The position numbers were made by a program, and so were the translations under genes. The notes under the pieces are model-generated. The model was not told the DNA's origin. It saw only the letters and a list, made by a program, of their open reading frames with translations, and searched no databases. Below, one piece after another: positions 1-8,622 of a stretch of 64,000 nt of DNA. Source of the DNA: an uncultured virus (IMG/VR IMGVR_UViG_3300021478_000018). Lineage: Duplodnaviria > Heunggongvirae > Uroviricota > Caudoviricetes. Numbering within the stretch: the stretch's first letter is position 1; every line of letters starts with the position of its first letter. Location of the stretch: the IMG/VR virus record IMGVR_UViG_3300021478_000018. One strand, given 5' to 3'.

Positions 1-386
1 GATCGCCGAGATAAGAAGCTCTCCGAGTACCAGAGCGAACCCCACGAGATCGACGCGACCCTAGAGGTTACCAACGCGGTAACCGATCTAATCGAGTAAC
101 TTTTAAAAATTGGGGAAGTAGCGACCGAAATGGCCCGGCCAGCCTATGTGAAAACCGTCGTTCTGATAAAGCCAATATCGGCCCCAACCCTTCTCGAATG
201 ACTAAAGTTTCCGTAACCCGGCTCGCCGACGACCCGCTTTGTCCTCCGGGTTAGTATCGGCGGAGGAGAGAAAATCGGCGGCTATTACTGCACCTACCGG
301 GGGACCCGGGAAGCGTCGATCGAAGCCCTCGAAACGGTTCTCCTCGCGTTAAAGGAGATTCCGGAGCAACCGATCGAGGAAGATTA

Positions 387-560
387 ATGCGATGCTCCAA
401 CTGTAAGTCGAGTCTCGTAAAATTTATCGAGTACGAGGATCTCTATTGCGAGAAATGCGATGAGTGGTTTTCCTTAAACGCCCTCGAATTGGAGAAGAAG
501 ATCTCGGAGCTGGTTAAACGGAAGAAAGCGCCCAGCGCTATCGAGATCGAGAGCTTATAA
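387..560 (+). CDS. small zinc-finger-like hypothetical protein (57 aa)
   Basis: Manually read ORF MRCSNCK...YCEKCDEW with two CxxC pairs; its ATG overlaps the upstream TAA. Confidence 0.55.
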   Translation: MRCSNCKSSLVKFIEYEDLYCEKCDEWFSLNALELEKKISELVKRKKAPSAIEIESL

Positions 561-570
561 GACGTCCTTT

Positions 571-594
571 TGGGTTCGAGTCCCACGGCATCCA
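571..594 (+). other. tRNA 3'-half-like fragment (T-arm plus acceptor strand ending CCA)
   Basis: TGGG-TTCGAGT-CCCA-CGGCATCCA; no matching 5' acceptor strand or D/anticodon arms seen upstream. Confidence 0.4.
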
Positions 595-606
595 AAGTAG
601 TTTCCT

Positions 607-670
607 AGGACCGGGCGGCGTCGAGTAGGGACCGTACAAGCCCCTTCCGCCGTCCGGTCCTCTTTATTTT
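607..670 (+). terminator. long hairpin followed by T-rich tract
   Basis: AGGACCGGGCGGCG (607-620) pairs with CGCCGTCCGGTCCT (648-661), then CTTTATTTT. Confidence 0.45.
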
Positions 671-671
671 T

Positions 672-893
672 ATGCGGACCGAACATAGCCTCCGTTTTTC
701 GATTATCCCTTTCCCGGACGGAAGCTACATTTTAGAATTCTCCTACTGGGTCCCGATCGAGGGCGGATTCCGGTTAGTAAATAGCCGGACGATCGCTCCG
801 AATACGGCGGGGATCGTTAAGGTTTTCGAGACCTTACTCTCTTACGCTCGGGATAAACCCGAATACGGGGACGACCTTCGTTCGGGCCTTTAA
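672..893 (+). CDS. hypothetical protein
   Basis: 73-aa ORF with genome-typical codon usage. Confidence 0.55.
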   Translation: MRTEHSLRFSIIPFPDGSYILEFSYWVPIEGGFRLVNSRTIAPNTAGIVKVFETLLSYARDKPEYGDDLRSGL

Positions 894-1136
894 GCCTCCT
901 ACTTCTTTCGCGTTTTCCGACGCGAAATGTAGGAAGTATATGAAAAACTTCCTTAACGTCGTCCCCGCCTAACCTATGTGCGACTTCGCCGTTTTCTACT
1001 GTTGGCTAATGATCGGCTTATGGCTCGTCGTTAGTTTCCTCTCCGACCGCGAGAGCCGGAAAGCGATCCGGAACGCTAAACGAATTATTAACTAACCCTA
1101 CTAAGCGTTCCCCCCGGAATTTCTCTTTTTTCTCGC

Positions 1137-1144
1137 GAAATGTA
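1137..1144 (+). promoter_or_regulatory. GAAATGTA gene-start element (representative copy)
   Basis: Exact copies found at 924, 1137, 3052, 3283, 6505, 7707, 9591, 10465, 38340, 46739, 47350, 52685 (+) and 39799, 44621, 61608 (-); 14 of 15 lie 6-11 nt upstream of a start codon. Confidence 0.8.
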
Positions 1145-1154
1145 TTAGGTATAA

Positions 1155-1799
1155 ATGAACTTCGAAAACGAAATCTATATCTATAAGATGTCTTGGGACG
1201 CGGGGATCGCTCCCGCCGTCTCGAACGGGCTCTTAAGCCTCGCGATTTGTAAACCGGCGATCCGGAATAACGCGAAACCGGGCGACGTTATCGTCGGGTT
1301 CGCGGGAGCGGGGATGGAAATGGGTCGCTTACTTTACTTCGCCTCGGTCGATAAGGTCCTCTCGGGCGACGCTTACTATCTCGACCCCGGTTACGCGAAC
1401 CGGCTCGATAACGCCTACGGGCTCGGTCGCGGCGGTCGCGCTATTCATAAAGGCGAGGCGTTCGCGAATTACGACGAGAGCGGTCTTTACCTAAAGCGGG
1501 ATATCGGACGGGAGAAGCTTTTAGCGAAGGCGAAGATCCTCCTTAGCCGGAACTTCGTTTATCTCGGGGCCGAAGGGACGAAGGACTACCTAAAGGTTTC
1601 GAATAAGCTCGCTTTTATCGAGAGCTTCGGTTTAGGGCACGGCCTCCTCTCGGGTAAGCCCGAGGCTCGCCGCCTTCTCGGTCTTTACCTCGGAGACGTT
1701 CTTTCTAAGAAGGGGAACGGTTACGCCGGGATTCCGACCCTTAAAGCGGAATTTAAAGCGTACCGCGCCGCTCGCGGGTTCTACGGGAAAATTATATGA
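1155..1799 (+). CDS. Nmad2-like (nucleotide modification associated domain 2) protein
   Basis: N-terminal YxYKMxxDxGxAP...LSLAICKPxIRxxAxxGDxIVG...LxY pattern typical of Nmad2. Confidence 0.7.
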   Translation: MNFENEIYIYKMSWDAGIAPAVSNGLLSLAICKPAIRNNAKPGDVIVGFAGAGMEMGRLLYFASVDKVLSGDAYYLDPGYANRLDNAYGLGRGGRAIHKGEAFANYDESGLYLKRDIGREKLLAKAKILLSRNFVYLGAEGTKDYLKVSNKLAFIESFGLGHGLLSGKPEARRLLGLYLGDVLSKKGNGYAGIPTLKAEFKAYRAARGFYGKII

Positions 1800-2146
1800 C
1801 GACGGGAGAAGCCCGGCGGCGGCTAAAAGTAAAAGCCGCCCTCGATCGGAAGGTCGGACGCTTATCGGCGGAGGAGTATCTCGGCGAACTTCTCGCGATC
1901 TCGGTTATTTCTCCTAAGGAGGCCCGGTTCCGGGCCTCGACGACGAAACCGAAATAATATGAATATGAATAACAAATTAATCTTTAGCGATAAAATGGAA
2001 TTCGATCTTACCGGCCCGCGTCGAATCGAGGAAAGGCCGGACGGTCTTTACGTCGTCGGGGAGGGAGTTCTTCTCGCCGTCGCGACCGAGGAGGAAGGCC
2101 GGGAGTATCTCGACCGGTAAGGCCGGGCGAAATGAAGAGGGTCTTT

Positions 2147-2812
2147 ATGTTCAATTTTTCTTTAGAAAAGGTAAAGCGGGTTATCGCGATCGGAGCCCAC
2201 TCGGACGATATCGAGATCGGCGCGGGCGGGACGCTTCTTAAACTAATCGAGGCGAACCCCGACCTGAAGGTTTGCTGGGTCGTCTTTAACGCCGAGCGGA
2301 CCCGTTTTAGCGAGGCGCAGGAGAGCGCGAAGGAATACCTCGCGCCGCTTAAGAAGGGCTACCAGGTACAGATCGCCTCTTTCCGGGAGAGCTATTTCCC
2401 GGCCCAATGGGGCGAGATTAAGGATTTCTTTAGCCGGGTCGTTTCCGACTTCTTCGACGAGTGCGACGGCCTCGGGCCGGATCTCGTCTTTACCCATACC
2501 CGCGACGACCGCCATCAGGATCACCGGGTCCTCTCGGACCTTACCTGGAACGCGTACCGGAATAACGTTATCCTCGAATACGAGATCCTAAAGTACGACG
2601 GCGATCTCGGGCGTCCGAACGTTTACGTCCCGCTTACCGAGCGGATCGCCGCCCGGAAGATCGAACTCCTCTTTAAACACTTCAAGAGTCAGGCCTCCTC
2701 GAAACATTGGTTCGACGGGGAGAGCTTTAAAGCGCTCGCCCGGATCCGGGGCCTCGAAAGCGCCTCGCTTTACGCCGAGGCGTTCTACGGTAGAAAGATT
2801 ACTCTCGGTTAA
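2147..2812 (+). CDS. PIG-L/LmbE family deacetylase
   Basis: AHSDD and HQDH metal-binding motifs, C-terminal AEAF; start at 2147 preferred over 2132 because it follows a GAAATGAA variant element. Confidence 0.9.
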   Translation: MFNFSLEKVKRVIAIGAHSDDIEIGAGGTLLKLIEANPDLKVCWVVFNAERTRFSEAQESAKEYLAPLKKGYQVQIASFRESYFPAQWGEIKDFFSRVVSDFFDECDGLGPDLVFTHTRDDRHQDHRVLSDLTWNAYRNNVILEYEILKYDGDLGRPNVYVPLTERIAARKIELLFKHFKSQASSKHWFDGESFKALARIRGLESASLYAEAFYGRKITLG

Positions 2813-2901
2813 TGAGAGGGTTTTTCTTCGTTCTTTGTATTATCGAGATAATCGGATCGATCGTTTATATCGGTTACAATTCGGTTCTTTTAATCGGAAC
2901 G

Positions 2902-2925
2902 TTTCTTCCGGCTCGCCGGAAGAAA
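2902..2925. terminator. perfect 10-bp hairpin, possibly a bidirectional terminator
   Basis: TTTCTTCCGG-CTCG-CCGGAAGAAA. Confidence 0.5.
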
Positions 2926-3065
2926 ATCGCGGGCTGGGGAATGCGGTAGAGAGTCTAGCGAGATGCTAGGACGGGGTTTTTAGACTGTTATTTTACCCTC
3001 ATATTGATTCCCATTCCCCAGCCTCGATTAAAAAACGCGGGAATCGGTCACGAAATGTATAGGGT

Positions 3066-3272
3066 ATGAATAATTCGAACCTGTTTAAAAAAGTAATCCC
3101 GACCGACTTCGTTCCTACCGTTCCCGGCCCGATCGCCGCTACTACCTATAAGGGGCTGGAGTGGATCGGGGACGAGATGTTCTTTATCCGCTATTACAAC
3201 TGCGGCGTGCATTACTCCACCTTCGAGGTCGCCCGCGAGAAGTACAACTCCCTAACCGCCGTTAAACGCTAA
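3066..3272 (+). CDS. hypothetical protein
   Basis: 68-aa ORF directly after a GAAATGTA element. Confidence 0.65.
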   Translation: MNNSNLFKKVIPTDFVPTVPGPIAATTYKGLEWIGDEMFFIRYYNCGVHYSTFEVAREKYNSLTAVKR

Positions 3273-3296
3273 TTTTCCCGACGAAATGTATAGGGT

Positions 3297-3641
3297 ATGG
3301 ATAAATTTAACGAACTAAAGGACGAGCTACGTAAGGCTCTCGCGAAAATCGTCGAGGAGACCGTTACGAAAGCTTTCGAAAACGATTTCGTAAAAACGAT
3401 CGACGTCGCCGCCGCGAAAGCCGATTTTGACGTCGACGACGAAGTCGATTCTACCCGCGAGTACATTACCGATGACGAAGCTTACGAGGAAATCCGCGAG
3501 AAGGCGGAAATATGGGCGGAGTCGGTCGGGGATCTCCTAACTAAGAAGATCGGGGATTCTTTTGACGATTGGATTTTGGGAATGAAACATTACGTCCCGA
3601 CTTCCGCCATTCATTGCGATAACGGGGTCTACGACGACTAA
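3297..3641 (+). CDS. acidic hypothetical protein
   Basis: 114-aa ORF after a GAAATGTA element. Confidence 0.75.
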   Translation: MDKFNELKDELRKALAKIVEETVTKAFENDFVKTIDVAAAKADFDVDDEVDSTREYITDDEAYEEIREKAEIWAESVGDLLTKKIGDSFDDWILGMKHYVPTSAIHCDNGVYDD

Positions 3642-3723
3642 CTTCCGGAGGGCCGCGACCGAGCCCGGGAAGGATCCCGGGAACGCCTCGGAACGCTCGC
3701 GGCCCTTCTCTTCAATTTTGAAT

Positions 3724-4086
3724 ATGACGAAGCTACCGATTACCGTTAGCCGGATACGTAAAACGGCGGTCGAGATTAAGGCCAGCGCAGAGGGAGAGGA
3801 GATCCGCAAGTGGTTCTCGTTTCCCGAGACGAGCCGGTTCTCGGTCGGGATGCCGATGTTCCTCTATATCTGCGAGGACGACGAGGAACTTCTTCTCGCC
3901 GAGCGGGACGCGAATAGCCCGGAGACGGCGAAGATCGCGAAATATAGCCTCTTCCTCCGGAAGGGATGGAAGGAAGGGGTAAGCGACGAAAGGTGGGAGA
4001 CGCTTGCGAAATGGATCGAGCACGAGTCCGACCGGGGGAAACCTTTAAGGACGAAGGACGTAACCGAATTTCTAGAAAATGACTGA
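3724..4086 (+). CDS. hypothetical protein
   Basis: ORF overlapping the next start; ATG at 3724 chosen. Confidence 0.65.
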   Translation: MTKLPITVSRIRKTAVEIKASAEGEEIRKWFSFPETSRFSVGMPMFLYICEDDEELLLAERDANSPETAKIAKYSLFLRKGWKEGVSDERWETLAKWIEHESDRGKPLRTKDVTEFLEND

Positions 4087-4468
4087 AACGCAATATAAAG
4101 TTTACCTTCGCTTAAAAGGGCGGCTAGAGTCCCGGGCCGAAGAGATTTACGCCCGCTACGTTAAGCTCGCGAACGAAGTTCTCGGGCCGAAACAGACCGA
4201 GGCTAGCCCCTACGCTCATTTCGAGGGAACGGAGGAATCGCTCAACGGGAACGACCTCTTAAATTTTCGCCGGGATTTTAACGGGGGCGATTTCGATTCT
4301 TATTCGATTCCGCTCCGTTGGTTATGGGACCCGGAATGGGAGACCGTCGCCCGCGAGTCCTTAGAGGAAGTCATCGCCAAGGAAAAGGAAAAACTAGAGG
4401 CGAAGGCTAAAGCGGAGCGGGAACGGGAACTCCGGATGTATAAGCAACTGAAAGCGAAATTCGAATGA
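4079..4468 (+). CDS. hypothetical protein with C-terminal coiled coil
   Basis: 129 aa, ATGA overlap with the next gene. Confidence 0.7.
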   Translation: MTETQYKVYLRLKGRLESRAEEIYARYVKLANEVLGPKQTEASPYAHFEGTEESLNGNDLLNFRRDFNGGDFDSYSIPLRWLWDPEWETVARESLEEVIAKEKEKLEAKAKAERERELRMYKQLKAKFE

Positions 4469-4650
4469 AATTCTTTTCCCGGGAACGGGCTTTAGCGCGG
4501 GCCGAACGTAAACTCTCCCGGATCGACGCCGCGCTCGATCGGGGGGGTCTTAACCTTAATCCCGTAAATCATCTCCGTTTAAATCTCGTTTGCAAAAAGA
4601 TTCGTCGGCTCGAAGCCGAAATTCGGAAAGAGAAAGGAGAAATAAAATGA
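4465..4650 (+). CDS. small basic hypothetical protein
   Basis: 61 aa, translationally coupled on both sides. Confidence 0.6.
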   Translation: MKFFSRERALARAERKLSRIDAALDRGGLNLNPVNHLRLNLVCKKIRRLEAEIRKEKGEIK

Positions 4651-4790
4651 ACATAAAATTATTGCTAGTTGGTAGTGGAATGCTTCTCGGGGTCGTTCTA
4701 ACGATCGGCTCTTTAATCGGAGCCGCGTTTTACCTTAACGCCGAAGAGGAGCGACTCGGGATTTACCCGAAAGGAATGTTTAAAGTATAA
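4647..4790 (+). CDS. small single-TM membrane protein
   Basis: MNIKLLLVGSGMLLGVVLTIGSLIGAAFYL hydrophobic stretch; AGGAG upstream. Confidence 0.6.
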   Translation: MNIKLLLVGSGMLLGVVLTIGSLIGAAFYLNAEEERLGIYPKGMFKV

Positions 4791-4853
4791 AATCGGGCGT
4801 TACGGACCGAGAGCCGTTCGGATAAAAGTATACTCTCCTATCTTTTAAAGCTT

Positions 4854-5486
4854 CTGAACCGGATAGCGATACTCTCGGTTATCGACGAGGAATACGGCGA
4901 TAAGGCGTACCGGGGGGTCGGCGCGATTAGTAACGAGAATAAGCGCCGGTACGCCTCCCGCTACGGTTATTACCTTATCCGGAGCGGGATCCTCGATCCG
5001 GAACGGAATATCGCCTGGAGTAAGATCCGGGCCGTTCTAGAGTTAAACGAGTACTTCGACTGGATCTTCGTAATGGACGCCGACGTCGTTATTACGAATC
5101 CCCGGATCCGGCTCGAATCGATTATCGATCCCCGCTTCGATCTCATAATCTCCGAGGACGAGAACGGGCTTAACGCCGGGAACTTCTTCGTCCGGAATAG
5201 CGTCGCGACCTTTACCTTCTTTAAGCGGGTCTACGCGACCTCGGAGTTCGCGACCTCTTACCCGATCCTAGAGTCTCAGGAGGCGATCGCCCGAGCGCTC
5301 CGGCGTTACCCGCTCCCGCTCGTTAAGATCGCCCCGCAGCGGGCCTTTAACTCCTACTACCGGGCGAAAGAGGGGAATTGGGAGCCGGGCGATTTCCTTA
5401 TCCACTTCGCCGGTCTCGGCGGCGAGCGTTCTCCGCTCCGGCTCGCGCTAATGAAAGAGTACGCGGATTTAGTCGATTGGTCGTGA
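4854..5486 (+). CDS. GT34-like (GMA12/MNN10 galactosyltransferase) glycosyltransferase
   Basis: Frame is open from 4791 and gives NKRRYASRYGY, WSKI, WIFVMDAD (DxD), LNAGNFFVRN, GDFLIHFAG; the only plausible upstream start is CTG at 4854. Confidence 0.8.
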   Translation: MNRIAILSVIDEEYGDKAYRGVGAISNENKRRYASRYGYYLIRSGILDPERNIAWSKIRAVLELNEYFDWIFVMDADVVITNPRIRLESIIDPRFDLIISEDENGLNAGNFFVRNSVATFTFFKRVYATSEFATSYPILESQEAIARALRRYPLPLVKIAPQRAFNSYYRAKEGNWEPGDFLIHFAGLGGERSPLRLALMKEYADLVDWS

Positions 5487-5689
5487 CAAAACAACAGACA
5501 TTGGACGCTCTTTATTCGTTGCACTACGCGGCCCAAAAAGTGCATGACGCGATCGACCCGGAATTCCGTAAACCGTTTAAGGGTTCGGCGGAAGATGAAC
5601 CGGCGCGATCGGCGGACGTTCTTTACGGGAGGATTATTGCTTTAGGAACCGCAATCCAAGCGGTGGAACAAATCGACGAAAAATTGTAA
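5483..5689 (+). CDS. hypothetical protein with atypical (CA/TG-rich) codon usage
   Basis: GTG start overlapping the previous TGA; MTKQQTLDALY... Confidence 0.55.
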   Translation: MTKQQTLDALYSLHYAAQKVHDAIDPEFRKPFKGSAEDEPARSADVLYGRIIALGTAIQAVEQIDEKL

Positions 5690-5711
5690 AAACGAAAGAG
5701 ATGAATAGTAT

Positions 5712-6308
5712 ATGAGTAGTAAGCGGTTTAATACGGACGAGTTCGAATCCGCGCCCCCTCGGGCGGCGGTCGAAGAGATGTTACGGCCTAAGCGGGCGCG
5801 GATGTTCCGCTCGTCTCCGCCGTCCCCGGGAAAGCCTTCCCGGTTAGAGGGAGCGCGAAAGTTCGTTAATACGGCGATCGGCTGGGCGGCGGGCCTAACC
5901 TTTATCTTTACTATGCTAGTCGTCGCTAGCTACTTCGTCGGAAAACGAGAAACCGCTCCGGCTCCGGCGGTCGTCTTCCCGACTCCTCGTCCCTCGGTCG
6001 CTCCCGCGCCGACCCCCGCTCTCGTCCCCCCGGCGCTCGCGCCGATCGCCCCCGCGCCCCCGGTCCGGAGGGCGGAACTCGCGGTTAAGCGGGCGCAATT
6101 CGTCGGCTTGCCGGTCGGCTGGACGGGCAACGAGCTAATGCCGGACGGGAGCATCGTCCCCGTCCGCTATATGGGAGAAGTCGGGTACTTCGACCATTTG
6201 CCGCGCAATCCCAGCTACGGGGATATGTGGAAGGTAACGTCGAGCGGAGCGGCCTGGGTCTGGACGACTCCGGCGGGCTTCGCCGCTCCGGCCTGGGTCG
6301 ACCCGTGA
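5712..6308 (+). CDS. single-TM protein with Pro/Ala linker and C-terminal tail-fibre-like module
   Basis: TM segment AIGWAAGLTFIFTMLVVASYFV, Pro-rich linker, C-terminal LP...YGDMW...GxxWVW module. Confidence 0.75.
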   Translation: MSSKRFNTDEFESAPPRAAVEEMLRPKRARMFRSSPPSPGKPSRLEGARKFVNTAIGWAAGLTFIFTMLVVASYFVGKRETAPAPAVVFPTPRPSVAPAPTPALVPPALAPIAPAPPVRRAELAVKRAQFVGLPVGWTGNELMPDGSIVPVRYMGEVGYFDHLPRNPSYGDMWKVTSSGAAWVWTTPAGFAAPAWVDP

Positions 6309-6324
6309 AGCTACTTTCTTTAAT

Positions 6325-6513
6325 ATGGACGATTACGACCGTTCGACTTTCCCGGAACTTATCCTCCTTCTCGCTCGAAAAGACGTCGCGACGGGCTTCG
6401 CCGCGACGTTAAAAGGACGAGACGAAGGGGAGATTAGGAAACTAACCGCCTACGGAGAAAAACTCCACCGCCACCTCGAATCCTCCTTCCCTTCGATCTC
6501 TCGGGAAATGTAA
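6325..6513 (+). CDS. hypothetical protein
   Basis: 62-aa ORF in operon context. Confidence 0.5.
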   Translation: MDDYDRSTFPELILLLARKDVATGFAATLKGRDEGEIRKLTAYGEKLHRHLESSFPSISREM

Positions 6514-6520
6514 CGAGTTT

Positions 6521-7699
6521 ATGAGTACCGGACGAACGAGCGAAGTTATCTTTAAGAGCCCGGGGCACGCCCTCTTCTACGGAGACGACCCAAGGCGGGA
6601 AGAAAAGATGAAGGAGCGGGAGCGGATAAAGTTCTGCCCCCACCTCCACGAGGTTATGTACGGGAAGCGTTACATCCTCCCGAACTATCGCCAGCCGGAC
6701 TATTACCCCCAGAAGATCGCCGATAACATGTTCGCTTCGGCGCTCTTCGTCCCGATGCAGACCTACGAGATGGACGACGTAATGAACGCCGCCTTAATCG
6801 GAGCGATCGCGGCGATTAAGCACGGGCGGCCCCAGCTCTGGTTAGAGCGGGAGCTAGGGGAAGCGTTTATGCGGGCCGAGCTACCGGAAGATATGGTCGC
6901 CGAGGATATCCAGTGGCGTTGGGGCGGGTTCCGGGTCCATCTTCCAAAGAAGCTCCTCCATATTTCCGACGATCAGGTCGGGGGCCATGACCTCATGTTT
7001 ATCGATATCTCCTACGTTCCGGCGAAGAAGCGGTTCGGGCTTCCGCCGCTTTACGCCGCCGAGGCCGAGGCGCTCGGGATCGAGTATAACTGGGACGAAC
7101 CGAGCCGGGCCCGGACGATCGAGACCCGGTATTACGATAACTCGGCGCTGGTTATTTCCGGGAACCTTAACGGAAGCGGGAACGGGTCGTTTTCGACGAT
7201 CGAGAACGCGAAGCTCGGGGACTTTATGGTTTACGCGGTTATTAAGCCGTTCGACGAGGCGATCCGCTTAGGGCAGCTCCGGGCCGTCTCCCACGAGTCC
7301 CTCTTTTCTCCCTACGAGAATACCCCGGACGATAACCGGTTCTGCGAGCGCATTCTCCATCTCGGGATCCAGATCCTCCTTTACCTCGGGAGTATCCCCT
7401 TAGAATACCAGACTAAGGAGCGGGTTATCCGGAAGCCGAAGACCGAAGGGAAGCATACCGTCCCCGGCCTTTACGCGGCGAAGTTCGTCGGCGCGAGTCA
7501 GCTCCGGCCCGAAAGTAAACCGGACCTTCCTTCTCTAGCCGCCGGGACGGGCCGGGTCGTCGCCGCCCATTGTCGAGCGGGCCACTGGACCCGACAGCCT
7601 TACGGGCCGAAGCGCGGTCTCCGGAAACTAATCTGGATCCATACCCAATGGATTCACGGCGAGATTTTCGAGGAGGAGATTCTAAAAGGGATAAAGTAA
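6521..7699 (+). CDS. conserved phage protein with C-terminal HxRxGHWxxQxxG motif
   Basis: HCRAGHWTRQPYGPKRGLRKLIWI, a recurrent uncharacterised phage motif; GAAATGTA element upstream. Confidence 0.8.
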   Translation: MSTGRTSEVIFKSPGHALFYGDDPRREEKMKERERIKFCPHLHEVMYGKRYILPNYRQPDYYPQKIADNMFASALFVPMQTYEMDDVMNAALIGAIAAIKHGRPQLWLERELGEAFMRAELPEDMVAEDIQWRWGGFRVHLPKKLLHISDDQVGGHDLMFIDISYVPAKKRFGLPPLYAAEAEALGIEYNWDEPSRARTIETRYYDNSALVISGNLNGSGNGSFSTIENAKLGDFMVYAVIKPFDEAIRLGQLRAVSHESLFSPYENTPDDNRFCERILHLGIQILLYLGSIPLEYQTKERVIRKPKTEGKHTVPGLYAAKFVGASQLRPESKPDLPSLAAGTGRVVAAHCRAGHWTRQPYGPKRGLRKLIWIHTQWIHGEIFEEEILKGIK

Positions 7700-7723
7700 G
7701 CGGGCCGAAATGTAGGGGGTATT

Positions 7724-8622
7724 ATGAACGAAAAGAAAGCGAAAGTTACCGTTACCTTTACCCGGAAAGAGGCCGACTGGCTCCTGAATCTCCTAACCCG
7801 CGAGCATCGCGCTAACGTTACCGATAAGGAAAAAGCGACTCCGAACGGACTGAACTGGGGCTTCCAAGCCGAATCGCTCGCCGACCGGATCCGAGCGGAG
7901 GGCTAAACCCGTGTATAACATCCTACTGACGACCGGAGCGCTAGGCGCGGAAACCTGTATTGTCCGGCAAGAGATTCGTTCCTTAGCCGAGGCCCGCGTT
8001 CTAATCGAGCGGGATAAGGCGGAAGGGTCGGACTGGGGGAGCCCCGATTTCGCCCACCGTTGGTTAATAACCGAAGGAAAGATCCATCCCGAAAATCCTT
8101 TCGGAAACATTCCTTACGGGAAAGTAATCGAGGCCTACTAAATGAAAACTCCTACGCCTAAGAAAGAGCGGACCCTCGTCGAGGGGATCTCGGGGACCTG
8201 GTACTACCACCTCTCCGACGACGGTAAAACGGCGCTCTGCGGGGCGGCGGTAATGATTAGTTCCGCGCCGGAGTCGACCTGGGGCTATCGGAGCGGGCAT
8301 CTTAACGAACGCTACTGCTCGAAGTGCGCGGAGATCCGGAAGGCTAAAAGCCTAAATGGGTAAGAAAACCCTATTAATGTTTTTCTTCCTTTTCTCCGTT
8401 CTATCGGGGTACGGACAACTTCCGTACGCCCCGCCGACTCCGCCTCCTTCCTTTAAACAATTTAGGGTTCGCTACGAGTACGCCTGTAAAGACGGGGAGT
8501 CGGGGAGACGGGAAGTTCTAATCGACGCGGATAGCGCGGACGAAGCCCGGTCGATAATCTTAAATATGATACCGTGCGCGACGATAACGAAAATAACCGA
8601 GGTAATGTGGTATGAAGAATGA
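7724..8622 (+). CDS. run of four small hypothetical genes (7724-7906, 7911-8141, 8142-8363 Cys/His-containing, 8356-8622 signal-peptide-like)
   Basis: Abutting or overlapping ORFs after a GAAATGTA element. Confidence 0.6.

Noticed and set aside
110..190. Complete tRNA gene
   Set aside because: It is tRNA-sized with GGGG/CCCC ends but has no TTC T-loop, no 7-bp acceptor stem and no clear anticodon arm.
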